A stretch of DNA of 64,000 bases from the human T2T-CHM13v2.0 reference genome, Homo sapiens. Below, piece after piece: positions 52,740-64,000 of the stretch. The stretch is taken from NCBI RefSeq assembly GCF_009914755.1, contig NC_060947.1; one strand, written 5' to 3'. Under the pieces are notes generated by a model. That model saw only the letters and a program-made list of their open reading frames with translations, was not told where the DNA came from and made no database searches. Every line of letters starts with the position of its first letter. The stretch's first letter is position 1. Made by a program: the position numbers and the translations under genes.

Positions 52740-53174
52740 TTCTATGGTTTGAATGTCCCCTTCAAAGCTCATGTTGAAACTTAATTCCCAATATGGCAGT
52801 ATTGAGAGGTGGGGCGTTTAGGAGATGATTGGGTCATGAGGGCTCTGCCTTCATGAATGCGTTAATCCGTTCACGGATTATCAGATTAATAGGCTGATGG
52901 ATTAATGGGTTATCATGGGGACTGGTGGCTCCATAAGAATAGAAAGAGAGACCTGAGCTAGCAAGTGCACATACTCAGCCCCATCTCCATGCAATGCCCT
53001 GTGCCAGCTCAGGACTTTGCAGAGAGTCCCCACCAGGAAGAAGGCTCTCACCAGATGTGGCCTCTTGACCTTGGACTTCTCAGCCTCCATAACTATAAGA
53101 GAGAAATCTCTTTTCTTTATAAATTACCCAGTTTCAGATATTCTGTTATAAGCAACAGAAAATGCACTAAGACA
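52740..53174 (+). mobile_element. MSTB-type MaLR solo LTR
   Basis: CTATGGTTTGAATGTCCCC...GAGAGACCTGAGCTAGCA...ATAAGCAACAGAAAATGCACTAAGACA. Confidence 0.92.
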
Positions 53175-53446
53175 GCTATAATATGCCTAGGTGTGAAGTT
53201 TTTATTTATTTATCATGTTGGGAGCTCTGAATCATTTCCATCTAAGACCTAAGATCCCTTTCTTTTCTTTCTTTTTTTAAAATAATGGAGACTTTTCTTC
53301 ATTATTTTTTTTCAAACAATGTCTCCCTTCCAATTTTTCTCAGACTTTCTGGGTCTCCTCTATTTGTTGCTAGTTACATTTGTATTCCCCACATCCTTGA
53401 CATTTCTATTATAATTCTTTTCTTTTTAGTTTTTTGTGGCATTTTA

Positions 53447-53526
53447 TAGGTAGTACAAGAAGTCCTATACCTTACTATAAAGAAAGTAAAAGAAATGAGA
53501 AGTGTAAGGATCAAGCTACTTTGGCA
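53447..53526 (+). repeat. 80-bp direct repeat, copy 2
   Basis: 78/80 identical to 51466-51545. Confidence 0.95.
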
Positions 53527-53834
53527 CCTACCTCGCAGCCCACCCATTCGTTCTTCAGCAGGATTCATTCTGCAGCTCAGCCAAACACTTGTGTGCTTTA
53601 TTTGAAGTATTATGAATTCATAACTACATATTTCTACTTGGCTCATTTGCATGACTTACAATTTTGTGTTTATATTGCCACACTCATTGAGCTTATTCAT
53701 TATGTTTACATTTTTGGGCCATCTCTTTCTGTCATTATGCTTCTATGGGTATATGTTTTTCAGTTTGCTTTCTTAGCGCTTCTGCGTTTTGGGTGTCTAG
53801 TTATTTTAGTCAGTGCGTGTATGCTATGTAAGGA

Positions 53835-54070
53835 CAGGGTTCTCACCTGGGGGTAATGCTTCCCTGCAGGGGACATTTGGCAATCTTGGAGTTACTTTTG
53901 GTTGTCACAACTGGGTGAAGGGAGATGCTACTGGCATCTAGTGTGCGGAGGCCAAGGATGCTGCTCAACACCTAGTGACACAAAGGACAGTCCCCACCAC
54001 ACACACACACACACACACCAAAGAATTATCTGGCCCCAAATGTCACTACTGCTGAGGCTGAGAAACCCTG
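53835..54070 (+). mobile_element. MER20 (hAT-Charlie) with internal (CA)n
   Basis: CAGGGTTCTCA...GGGGACATTTGGCAAT...GCTACTGGCATCTAGTG...TGAGAAACCCTG terminal inverted repeats. Confidence 0.92.
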
Positions 54071-55393
54071 AGCTAGCAGCCTCAGCTGCTCCCTGTGACG
54101 AGAGGCTGAGTCCCAAGGGAGAAAGCCCCTAGCAGCACAGAACCACCTTGAACACTTCCTTTCCCTCAGCAACACAGGGCAACCCTCTGGTCAGAGTTTT
54201 CCCTAATGCTCCTGTCTACATTTTGTCTCCCTGAGTCTGAGGTTCATCAGGGCTGAGTTTTGGAAGGGGTGCTGGCAGGAGGAAATGTCTAAGGAGGGCA
54301 GGTCAGCCCCTGGGAACAACCTTTTCGTAAATTCCTCACTTCAGTGAGGATCCTGTGCTGCCCTGATCTGATAAGCCCCCACAAAGAACAGTGTCCTGGG
54401 CTCTTGCAATCAATTCCTTATAGTAGAGGGGCAGACAATGACTCCCCCAGAGCAAACCAGGGGAGAGGTAAGAGGAGAAATTCATTCTTTCTGCCCATTC
54501 TCTCACTGCATCTTCAACTGCCTGGCCCTAGCTTCATGAAGCATCTTGCCCTCTTCCATCATTTGCAGTCCATGGTTGTTGTTGAAGGCAGGAAGCAGCA
54601 GCCCAGGCTGCTTGGCCAGTTTCACAGGAATCCCATCAACTTAAAAAATATATATGGGTGCCTTATGAAAACTAAGATATTCTGAATGTTTCTATAACTT
54701 CTAGTCTTCATAAATGGATGAGATCATCAATTCTTGGAAATAAGTTTCAATCAATGATATGAAATATATTTATGAGTTGTTATTTTCCCCCATTGGGACA
54801 GAAAAATATTTTTCTCTTGACTCTGACACTTACCATATATAAATATCTAAATGATAAGAAAAACTAAATGCTCTTTTTCCTGGAGACTGTTTAACATCAT
54901 GGCCTCCACTTTTTTTTTTTTATCTTGGTAAACAGAATCTTATTCTTAGCTACTAATAACATTAATCAATTTATTAATCATTTATTTAAATGTCTTTTGT
55001 GACATTTAAATAAATGCATTTCTTCACAGACGCAAGGACAATATACATGATCTTTAGCGACGGGCTATTTCCCACAGGATATTCCTATTATTGTACTGCT
55101 ATTACGTAATCATTGATTCAGTGAAGCAAACTGCTCAGGATATCAAATTATCTTGATGGCAGAATAAAAAGAGAAAAGCTTATGAAATTCAAAGATTGCT
55201 TTCAAGGACCACTTCCTACTTTATTTTGAGAGATTACTTATATGGCTTATACTCATACTTGGAGTTCAGATTTAACATTAATAACATTTTCATATGAGAA
55301 AGCAATTTTTTACATGTATGTATGATACACAATTCAAATAACACATTACAGAAAAAATAAAAATAGGATTAAATTTACTTTCTTAAAACTAGG

Positions 55394-55914
55394 TGTGTTG
55401 GTTGAAACTAAATGTCAACTGGACTGGATTGAAAGATGCAAAGTATTGATCCCGGGTGTGTCTGTGAGAGTGTTGCCAAAGGAGATTAACATTTGAGTCA
55501 GTGGGCTGGGGAAAGCAGACCCACCATTAATTTGGTGGGCATAATCTAATCAGCTGTCAGCACGGCTAGAATATAAAGCAGGCAGAAAAACGTGAAAAGA
55601 CTAGACTAGCCTAGCCTCCCCAGCCTACCCTGCGCTGGATGCTTCCTGTCCTGGAACATCGGACCCCAAGCTTTTCAGTTTTGGGACTTGGACTGGCTCT
55701 CCTTGCTCCTCAGCTTGCAGATGGCCTATTGTGGGACCTTGTGATCATGTGAGTTAAACTTAATACATTCATATATATAATATATATATATAAAATATAT
55801 ATATACATATAAAATATATATATACATATATATAATATATATACACACACACACACACATATATATATATATCTCCTATTAGTTCTGTCCCTCTAGAGAA
55901 CCCTGACTAATACA
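55394..55914 (+). mobile_element. MLT2A1/MLT2A2 (HERVL) solo LTR with internal (TA)n/(CA)n
   Basis: GGATTGAAAGATGCAAAGTATTGATCC...CCCTCTAGAGAACCCTGACTAATACA; perfect TSD CTAGG. Confidence 0.93.
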
Positions 55915-56219
55915 CTAGGTTTGTGTATATTCAAATGTCTAAAATTAAAAAATGACTGTTTTTATTTACCTCCATATCTGTTTATTGTATATTTTGGTGG
56001 TTTGATACATAATCATTTTTATCTTATCGAGATCAAATGGCCAATTCATTATCAAAATCTAAGAATAGTAACTGAATGCAAATTTTTTATGAATTCTACT
56101 ATATCATAAGCACTGCTGAGCAGGAAAAATACAAATATGATACAGCACAAAAATAATCTCATAATAAACTCAAGAGTAACCTGAATGTCTTAAGATTTTA
56201 TGCAGATAAATGTAATGTA

Positions 56220-56551
56220 CAGTCAGCCCTCCATATGAGCAGATTCTACATCCAAGGATTCAATCAACCATGGATCAAAAATATTCAGAAAAAAATTGCT
56301 TCTGTACTGAACATGTACAGCCTCTTTTTTCCTTGTTATTATTCCCTAAACAATGCAGTATAACAATTATGTACATGGCATTTGCATTGTGTTAGGTATT
56401 CTAAGTAGTCTAGAGATGATTTAAAGTATACAGGAGGATGTGCATAAATTATATGGGAATACTACACCATTTTATTTCAGGAACTTAAGCATCCACAGAC
56501 TTTGGTATCCACAAGAGGTCCTGGAACCAATCCTGCATGGATACTGGACCG
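56220..56551. mobile_element. MER2 (Tigger-family)
   Basis: TA|CAGTCAGCCCTCC...CTGTACTGAACATGTACAG...GTCCTGGAACCAATCC. Confidence 0.88.
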
Positions 56552-56694
56552 TATTTTCACAAAGTATATTTTATAATGAAAATAAGTATGCAAGAATGCA
56601 AAGCTTTTGCAATCTTTAGATAACACAAAAATGAGTCAAGATAAAACAGTTGCTTCCCAATTTAGGTTTTCCATTCTTGCCTTTTGTTTTAGAT

Positions 56695-56872
56695 CAAGGG
56701 GTCAGCACAGGACTACTAACCTTGAGCTAAATCTGCCCCACCACTTGTTTTGTAAATAAAGTTTTATTGGAACACAACCATGCCCATTAGTTCATGAATT
56801 GAGACCATCTGACTCATAACGCCTAAAACATTTGCTACCTGGCCCTTTACAAAAAAGCTTTTTGTATCTCTG
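56695..56872 (+). mobile_element. MER58A (internally deleted)
   Basis: GGGGTCAGCA...TTTTGTAAATAAAGTTTTATTGGAACACA...CTGGCCCTTTACAAAAAA. Confidence 0.85.
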
Positions 56873-57419
56873 TTATAGCCCATGAATAAACAAACACATA
56901 GTAAAGTTACTGCCATGTTTGCCATTGCTACATTATCAAGTGGTATTTGGAATAGTCTCCTATCCTAGCTGGGCTATCTTGGGGATTTTCCCCATATCCC
57001 TTAAAGGATGAACCTTGTCATAAAGCCATGGTTTTTCTCTTGCTGGGGTCTGGAAGGTGCGGTTTTCCCTGCCAAGGAGCTGGTTACAACAGCTTCCAAA
57101 TGATATTATAATTTCAGTACTCACTTTTTGTAAAATGATCTGCACAAATATTCCCTTTGTTCCAAGTTTGGATAAACAGTGATTCACACTTTTGTTGACA
57201 AAATGAGAACTTTGATTAGAATCAATAATATCAAATAGCTGCCATCAAGTAAAAATGCTTCCAACAAACCCTTTGTAGCAGGGTTGTGTAAATGGATATG
57301 GTCTTGATTTCTTAGGGAATGGATGGGTGCATAATAAAAAGCATTGATTTTTCAGGGTTTTTTTTCCCCAGATACTGGTAGCCTGCAATTGATTTAGAGT
57401 ACCATTAGTGTTGTTACGG

Positions 57420-58930
57420 TTCTAAGCATTTTTTAATTGCCATTGTTATTTCTCCTATAACCCATGAGCTGTTGAGGAGTACATTTTTAAATTCCCAGAC
57501 ACATGGGGTTTTATTAAGTTTTTTTTTTATTGTTTGTTTCCAGTTTATTGCCTTGTGATCATTCTCTATATCAGGGGTATAAATTTATGTATGCATAATG
57601 TATCACTCTTCATAATATCATTGCTTAAGTCTTCTGTCTACTTTCTAATACTCTATTATCTTGATCTACTGATTTCTGATTAAAGGATGTTAAAATCTTG
57701 AAACTGATGATGAACGTGTCCATTTCTCTTAGTAATTCTGTTCATTTTCCTTTCTGGAGTTCAAGGTGTGTACAATTTCATATTGTTTTATTTTCTTGGT
57801 AAACTTGCCGTTTTGTGTATATTAGATACCCTTTGTTTTACTAAAAATAATTTGTGCATTAAATTCTATATTGTGGGATATTAGTATTACTAACCTCTCT
57901 TTTTATTAGTATTCTGCTTGACTTTCTTTTAGCTGTGTCGTTTTATGTGGATTTTTAGTAGCTAAATCCATTCACACTGATGGTAGTTACTAATATATTG
58001 GGACTTTTTTCACCATTTTATTTTGTGTGGTCTATATTACCATTGTTTTTCTTTCTTTTATTTTTTTCTCTCTTTATTTGTAATTTTTAAATTTTTTTCA
58101 TTTCCTCTGGATTTTGGCTATGTATCATGTTTCTATACTTGTAATGGTTACTTTAATTGTTATATATACTAATATTAATTTGCCTAATAAAATCTGAAGT
58201 TATCTGGAAATTGTATTCTTGATAAAAACACTGCATTCCTGTCTTGTTATTGTTGCCTAAATTTTTTTATTTAAAATTTTTAATACAAAAATGCTATTGT
58301 TACGTTCACTATTTAGATAAATTGATTGGTATTATTTCATCCCCTTCTGTGTACACTAATGTTTCTTGAATTCCACTCAACTCTTCTCTCTTTCCTTGTC
58401 CCTTATCTTCTTGATGAAGAACACCTTTGAATATTTATTTAAGTAGTAGTTTTATAGTCTGTTTATATGAACTCTGTGTCTGAAAAAATGTCCTTATTTT
58501 ATGTTATCTGTTGCATGTTAGGTTGGCAATTGCTTTCCTTCTAACCTGGATTGCTATAAATGAGAAGCCCACCATTAGTTGAATTGTCATCCCCCGGTAG
58601 GTAATCCAGTGTTTCTCTGTGGTATCTTAAGAATTTATCTTCATTCTCAATGGTTTGCAGCCAACTATTATACGCCATGGAGTGGATTTATATTTATCTT
58701 TTCAAATCATAGAGTGTACTTTTGATACAAAGATTTCAATTCTGAATCATGTTGAATATTATTTTTCTGAAAAAATACATTGGCCATGATCTTTTCAAAT
58801 GTTGTTTATTTACAACTCCATCCATTCTCTAGCCACTTATCTTTTATGAAACTCCTATTAAAGTAATGTGATAGTGTCTCACTCTGGCCCCCAAATCTCA
58901 CAGCTCCTCTTTTATATTTTTATATTTCTT
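57420..58930 (-). mobile_element. Degenerate L1ME-type fragment (ORF2 start/ORF1 region)
   Basis: TGAGAAGCCC...CCCCCGGTAGGTAAT, GGAGTGGATTTATATTTAT, GAAACTCCTATTA. Confidence 0.65.
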
Positions 58931-59129
58931 TTTAAATCACTTTTAAAAAAGAATTATTCTGTTTGTTTGAATGTTGTACCAATGTATTCAAAGAACATTC
59001 TTTAAAAAGTTTTCTACAGAAGAACTTTTATAATAATAAAATCATAGTTTCAACAAAAGCAATCTGCCATGTGAGTTGATATTAAAAGATGATGTGATGA
59101 ACTACACAGAGCTGGCATGGATATAAAGA

Positions 59130-59900
59130 AAGAACTGGAGAAAAATAAGGAAAATCTCTGGCTTGATAGAATTTCAAGGGTAGAATTTCCAGCCCTCAGT
59201 GGAGGAAGTCAGATAGTTCCATTTTCCTGAGAAATTGACACTGTGGAAGATCAAGTTGGTGACATGAAGAAAAATGGTTCTCTCCCATGATGTGAAGCAA
59301 AGAACAGGGGGTAAACCTCAATGGGTGAATATGAGTAAGAGGACAGAGTCCCAACATGAGAATTACAAACGCTTCCTTCACCAGAGTCAAGTCAAGGGCA
59401 AGAATAATTGGAGCAAAAGCAGTCATTAACTGGAGACTGATTGATGAATGGCAAACTAGAATGTACAACTTGAATTCAGAGGTCAAAAAGCCTGTCATTG
59501 TCGAGATAAAATTAAGGAAGTGCGGGAGTGCTAACAACATGTCTGAATTATAGGAATAAAAAATATCTACTGGCATCCAAGCAAATACATGCGTTTGTGT
59601 ACTAAGAAATAAATACCAAGCTAATTACAGACTTTTCCACCAAAAAGTAAATTCCCAAGGATAAAGAGTAAACATATTCAAATTTTGGAGGGAAAAAATG
59701 TTAATATTATAAACCTTGAATTTTATAATCAAGGTTTCATTCAAATGTAGTGGCAAAATAAACTTGTTCTCATGCATGCGTGCATTCAAACACCATCCAG
59801 AAGAAGCTCTTTGTAAACATTTCTTGAAGATGGACTCCAACTGCTGGAAGTGAGAATCGAAATTAAAGCACTCAATAATGCAAGAGTCCTTGTCTAACTT
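59130..59900 (+). mobile_element. Degenerate L1 ORF1/HAL1-like fragment
   Basis: CAGACTTTTCC, ATTCAAATTTTGGAGGGAAA, ACCTTGAATTTTATA...TCATTCAAATGT. Confidence 0.55.
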
Positions 59901-60059
59901 AGCCACGTAATAACCAAGAAACCACACACTAGATTTTTTAATGTTTTGCAAGCAATATAAGGAAAATATGAGGAAAAAATAATAGCAAAATGTCTTTATA
60001 CATGGAGGCAAAGTTGGCAATGCAGATGTTAATTGTCACAGAAATATAACAGCAAGGCA

Positions 60060-60830
60060 CCTCAGAGTCCTTGGAGATATTCTTTTTCATATATATTCAC
60101 TTCTTAAGTGACCTCCTCCATTATCCACAACTTTATATACAATAAACAGTTAACCCTTGAATAACACAAGGGTTAGGAACACCGACTCCTTGGGTAGTCG
60201 AAAAATCCAAATATAACTTGACTCCCCCAAAACTTGACTACTGATAGCCTACTGTTGAGTGGAAGCCTTACCAATAACAAAAACAGCCAATTAACACACA
60301 TTTTGTATGTTTTACATATTATATATGTTGTGTTCTTATAACAAAGTAAGCTAGAGAAAAGAAAATGTCATAAAGAAAAAATCATAAGGAAGAAAAGACA
60401 TACTTACTATTCATTAAGTGGAAGTGGATTATCATAAAACTCTTCATCCTCCTTGTCTTCATGTTGAGTAGGCTGAAGAGGAAGAGGAAGGGTTGGTTTT
60501 GCTGTCTCAGGAGTCGCAGAGGCAGAAGAAAATCCACGTATAAGTGGACTCACACAGTTCCAATTCTTATTGTTCAAGGGTCAACTGTGTAGTATGATGA
60601 TATGTCCTCAGCCTCAAGTTCTCGCCTAATCATCAGACATCTCTTATTTTCTCTGGATGCCTACAAAGCTCAAACTTGAAATGAACAAACAGACCCTTGA
60701 TTCTAAGAGCCTCCAAACCGGCTCCCCTCCCTGGTCCCCCCAGAATGAAGGAACAGCACTACTATTCACCTGATTGCCTGAGACCCTATTCCAGGTGTCA
60801 TCTTCAATTTTTCACTTTCCATCATCTCCA
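60060..60830 (+). mobile_element. L2 fragment, split by Tigger2a
   Basis: CTCTGGATGCC...CTCAAACTTGAAATG...GGTGTCATCTTCAATT. Confidence 0.6.
60147..60587. mobile_element. Tigger2a (MER28)
   Basis: Terminal inverted repeats CAGTTAACCCTTGAATAA / TTGTTCAAGGGTCAACTG. Confidence 0.9.
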
Positions 60831-60839
60831 TGTATAAGG

Positions 60840-61600
<761 letters not shown>

Positions 61601-62039
61601 TATATGGAACTCTGCATGCCCTCCAGAGAGTGGAAATCAATAATCTATAATGGAATCCAAATGCATGATTTTATAACATTCTACAGAAGGCTCCTCTCCC
61701 CAAGACACAGGCTTGTATTAAATGGGGGCATCCAGGACTGAAGTACTGTTGCCAAGCAGGTTGGACAGAAGAACAAATGTGAAAAATATTGATAAAATAT
61801 TTGAAGAGATGGAACATATAATCTAAGCCCAATAGGGAAGGATGTAGAACCATAAATAAATTGATAAATAAGAAAAAAAAACAGTGTCCCCAAGACATCA
61901 GTAACCATTCCTTCTCAGTAAATGGCAACTACATCAGAAATTTCCAAAGTCTATCTATATTAGCTCCCTAGGGTTGCTATAACAACCACACTCACCTTTT
62001 CTCTGGCAAGCTTGCATCTTGTTACACTTGGAAAACTGC

Positions 62040-62645
62040 AAATGTCTTGGACATCATCCACACTCCTAACTCCACATTTTGACCAGGAGGATCTTTGAAA
62101 ATGCAAACTCGATGTTATCTATGCCCAGCTGATACTGCTCAATGGCTTTTCATTGTTGTAAGAGTGAGAACAGAGAGATTTTAGATGGAAAATTGATTCT
62201 AAGCAAGGCTACAGCCATGTCAAAGCACTATCAGCCTCTCAGAAGGTGCCATGTTTCCTTTAGACTTGGTGTCTTCCCATGTACTGTCTCCTCTCTATGA
62301 AACGCCCCTCTCCCTGTTTCAGTTGGGCCTCCCTTTGGGATCTCAGATTAGACATTTCTTCTCCTTTGTCTTTCTCAGACTCCTCCCTCCTCCTCCCTCC
62401 ATCACCCTTAACTGGGTTAATTTCTCTTCTACTTGCTCCTATAACCCCTGGGATTTACCCAAGTGGTACGCTCCATTAGGGTATTGTGTCATCATTTCTT
62501 GTTTATGATCAGGGTCTCCCATAACGAAACGCAAATCTTTTAAGGACTGTAACTTTGTCTCTCTTATGGATATATGAGTGTTGGCCATGCCCAGACTGTG
62601 CTTAGCACATCATTAAACCCCACTAAATATTTGTTGAATGGTTTA
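62040..62645 (+). mobile_element. L2 3' fragments
   Basis: GATCTTTGAAAATGCAAA...; GCTTAGCACA...TAAATATTTGTTGAATG. Confidence 0.6.
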
Positions 62646-63359
62646 CTGGCTTCTGTTCATTCGGAATAGCCTTGCTACTCCCTGGGCATTTATCACCTAC
62701 ATACAAAACTATACCTGTGAGACTTTGTAGCTCCATAGTATGTTTCACAATAAACATTTGATTGACTGAAACATTCCTCCTTCTTTTCTTTCTTCCTTTC
62801 TCCCTCTCTCTCTCCTCCCGCCACTGCTGTCTCCCTCTCTCTCTCTCCCTCTTTCTTTTATTTATTTAAATTTTTTTTGGCTGCATGTAAAGTCTGTATA
62901 TAGAGCAACAACTGTTGTCTCCCGCTGCAGACCCCGCAGCGCTCTCCCTGGTGGCGGAGACTCCACACAGCCTTCTGTGCCAGCCGTCAGAGGTCTAATG
63001 TTAGTGATTTATTTTCTCCTTTCCTTTTCTACAGAGAGTGGCACAAATCCAGGGAGAATTCCAGCTTTAAAAAAAGAAAAGTCTCAGCCTTTTTGAATCT
63101 TACTTGGCTCTGAAACAAATTATAAATGTTACCAGCATTTAAGAAAAACATCACTTCATCTCACTAGACATTTGAACACGATTATAGGAAAGCAAATTTA
63201 AAATATAAGCACTATTTGAAAACTTTTCTCCTACTTGCTCAAATCAGAAAGTCAGTAGATCTGGGAGGAATGAGTAGTCTGCTGCGATTGAAGAAAGTTT
63301 TGAACCGATGACAGCATTCAGGCACCAGCATCCTCCAACTGCCGTTGTAGGAAGCAGGA

Positions 63360-63373
63360 CCTCCAGGGGGCAT
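63360..63373 (+). promoter_or_regulatory. Candidate CTCF core motif
   Basis: CCTCCAGGGGGCAT versus consensus CCASYAGRKGGCRS, in unique DNA. Confidence 0.4.
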
Positions 63374-63878
63374 GGTCACCGCTCTCAGGTCAGTCGCATG
63401 AGGAGGCCATTATACAAAAATTGAGAGGAGTCCTGGAAGAAAGATACCCCACTCTCTCACGTCTTCACAAATTAACCACTGAAAAACTCTTCAAAACCCA
63501 CCCATCACTTCAAAAAGCATTAGGGAGGAGGGACGCCATGCAAGACAGAGCTTACATAACCAGCACCTGATTAGATGTGTGGAATAAGAAATGAAGAAAC
63601 AGGGAATCAACTCCAAGCAAACATTTCTTCTTCCTCTGATTCAAACGTATTGATGTTTAGTTTTTCAGATGTGTGCAGTATAAAGTCGTGGTGATATACA
63701 CATCTGTACATCTCAAGGAAAACAATAAATTCTCAAAATAAATTGCAAGAGATACTTTTCTCTCTTAAATTTTCAATAATTTATCAAATAATTCACAAGA
63801 CTATGAATTTGTGTTAAAGTGAGTATAAATGTTCTAAGCCCTAAGCAGTAGAGGTAAAAGAAGTTGCTTTCAAATATC

Positions 63879-64000
63879 TTTATTTTATTTTATTTTTAAT
63901 TTCAATAGGTTTTTAGGGAGCAGGTGATGTTTGGTTACATGAAGAAGTTCTTTAGTGGTGATTTCTGAGATTTGGGTGCACCCATCACTCACTAGTGTAC
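63879..64000 (-). mobile_element. L1PB1-type 3' end (continues beyond the window)
   Basis: TTTCAATAGGTTTTT...GGTTACATG...AGTGGTGATTTCTGAGATTT; same family as 12769-13441. Confidence 0.9.

Noticed and set aside
58800-59400. Head-to-head L1 ORF1-like fragments suggesting an inversion or palindrome
   Set aside because: No close reverse-complement identity visible; likely two independent ancient insertions

Overview
This is AT-rich primate (human-like) non-coding genomic DNA. I found no credible protein-coding exon, RNA gene, CpG island or prokaryotic system. The six-frame ORFs are repeat-derived, low-complexity or chance. Much of the window is fossil interspersed repeat: about 9 Alu or Alu monomers, L1 (PA8, PB1, MB/ME, HAL1-like), L2, MIR, an unusually rich set of MaLR/ERVL solo LTRs (THE1C, MST, MLT1A-D, MLT1H/J, MLT2A, MLT2B, LTR33-like) and DNA-transposon relics (Tigger3, MER47A, MER2, Tigger2a, MER5A, MER20, MER58A), many nested with visible target-site duplications. 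Subfamily names come from recalled consensus sequences and need RepeatMasker/Dfam confirmation; boundaries of old elements are approximate. The main unexplained structures are: (i) a mosaic local duplication with about 688-bp periodicity and splice signals at 48.0-49.5 kb; (ii) an 80-bp sequence present twice (78/80 identical) inside ancient L1 DNA; (iii) a perfect 35-bp inverted match between two old MLT1 LTRs, each overlapping a DUX4-type motif; (iv) an MLT2A LTR with a perfect DUX4 motif; (v) motif-dense unique segments (RFX/FOX/SOX cluster, homeodomain cluster, divergent CTCF-like pair); and (vi) a tentative chain of + strand non-coding exons. I cannot support a claim of a new biological system from sequence alone.
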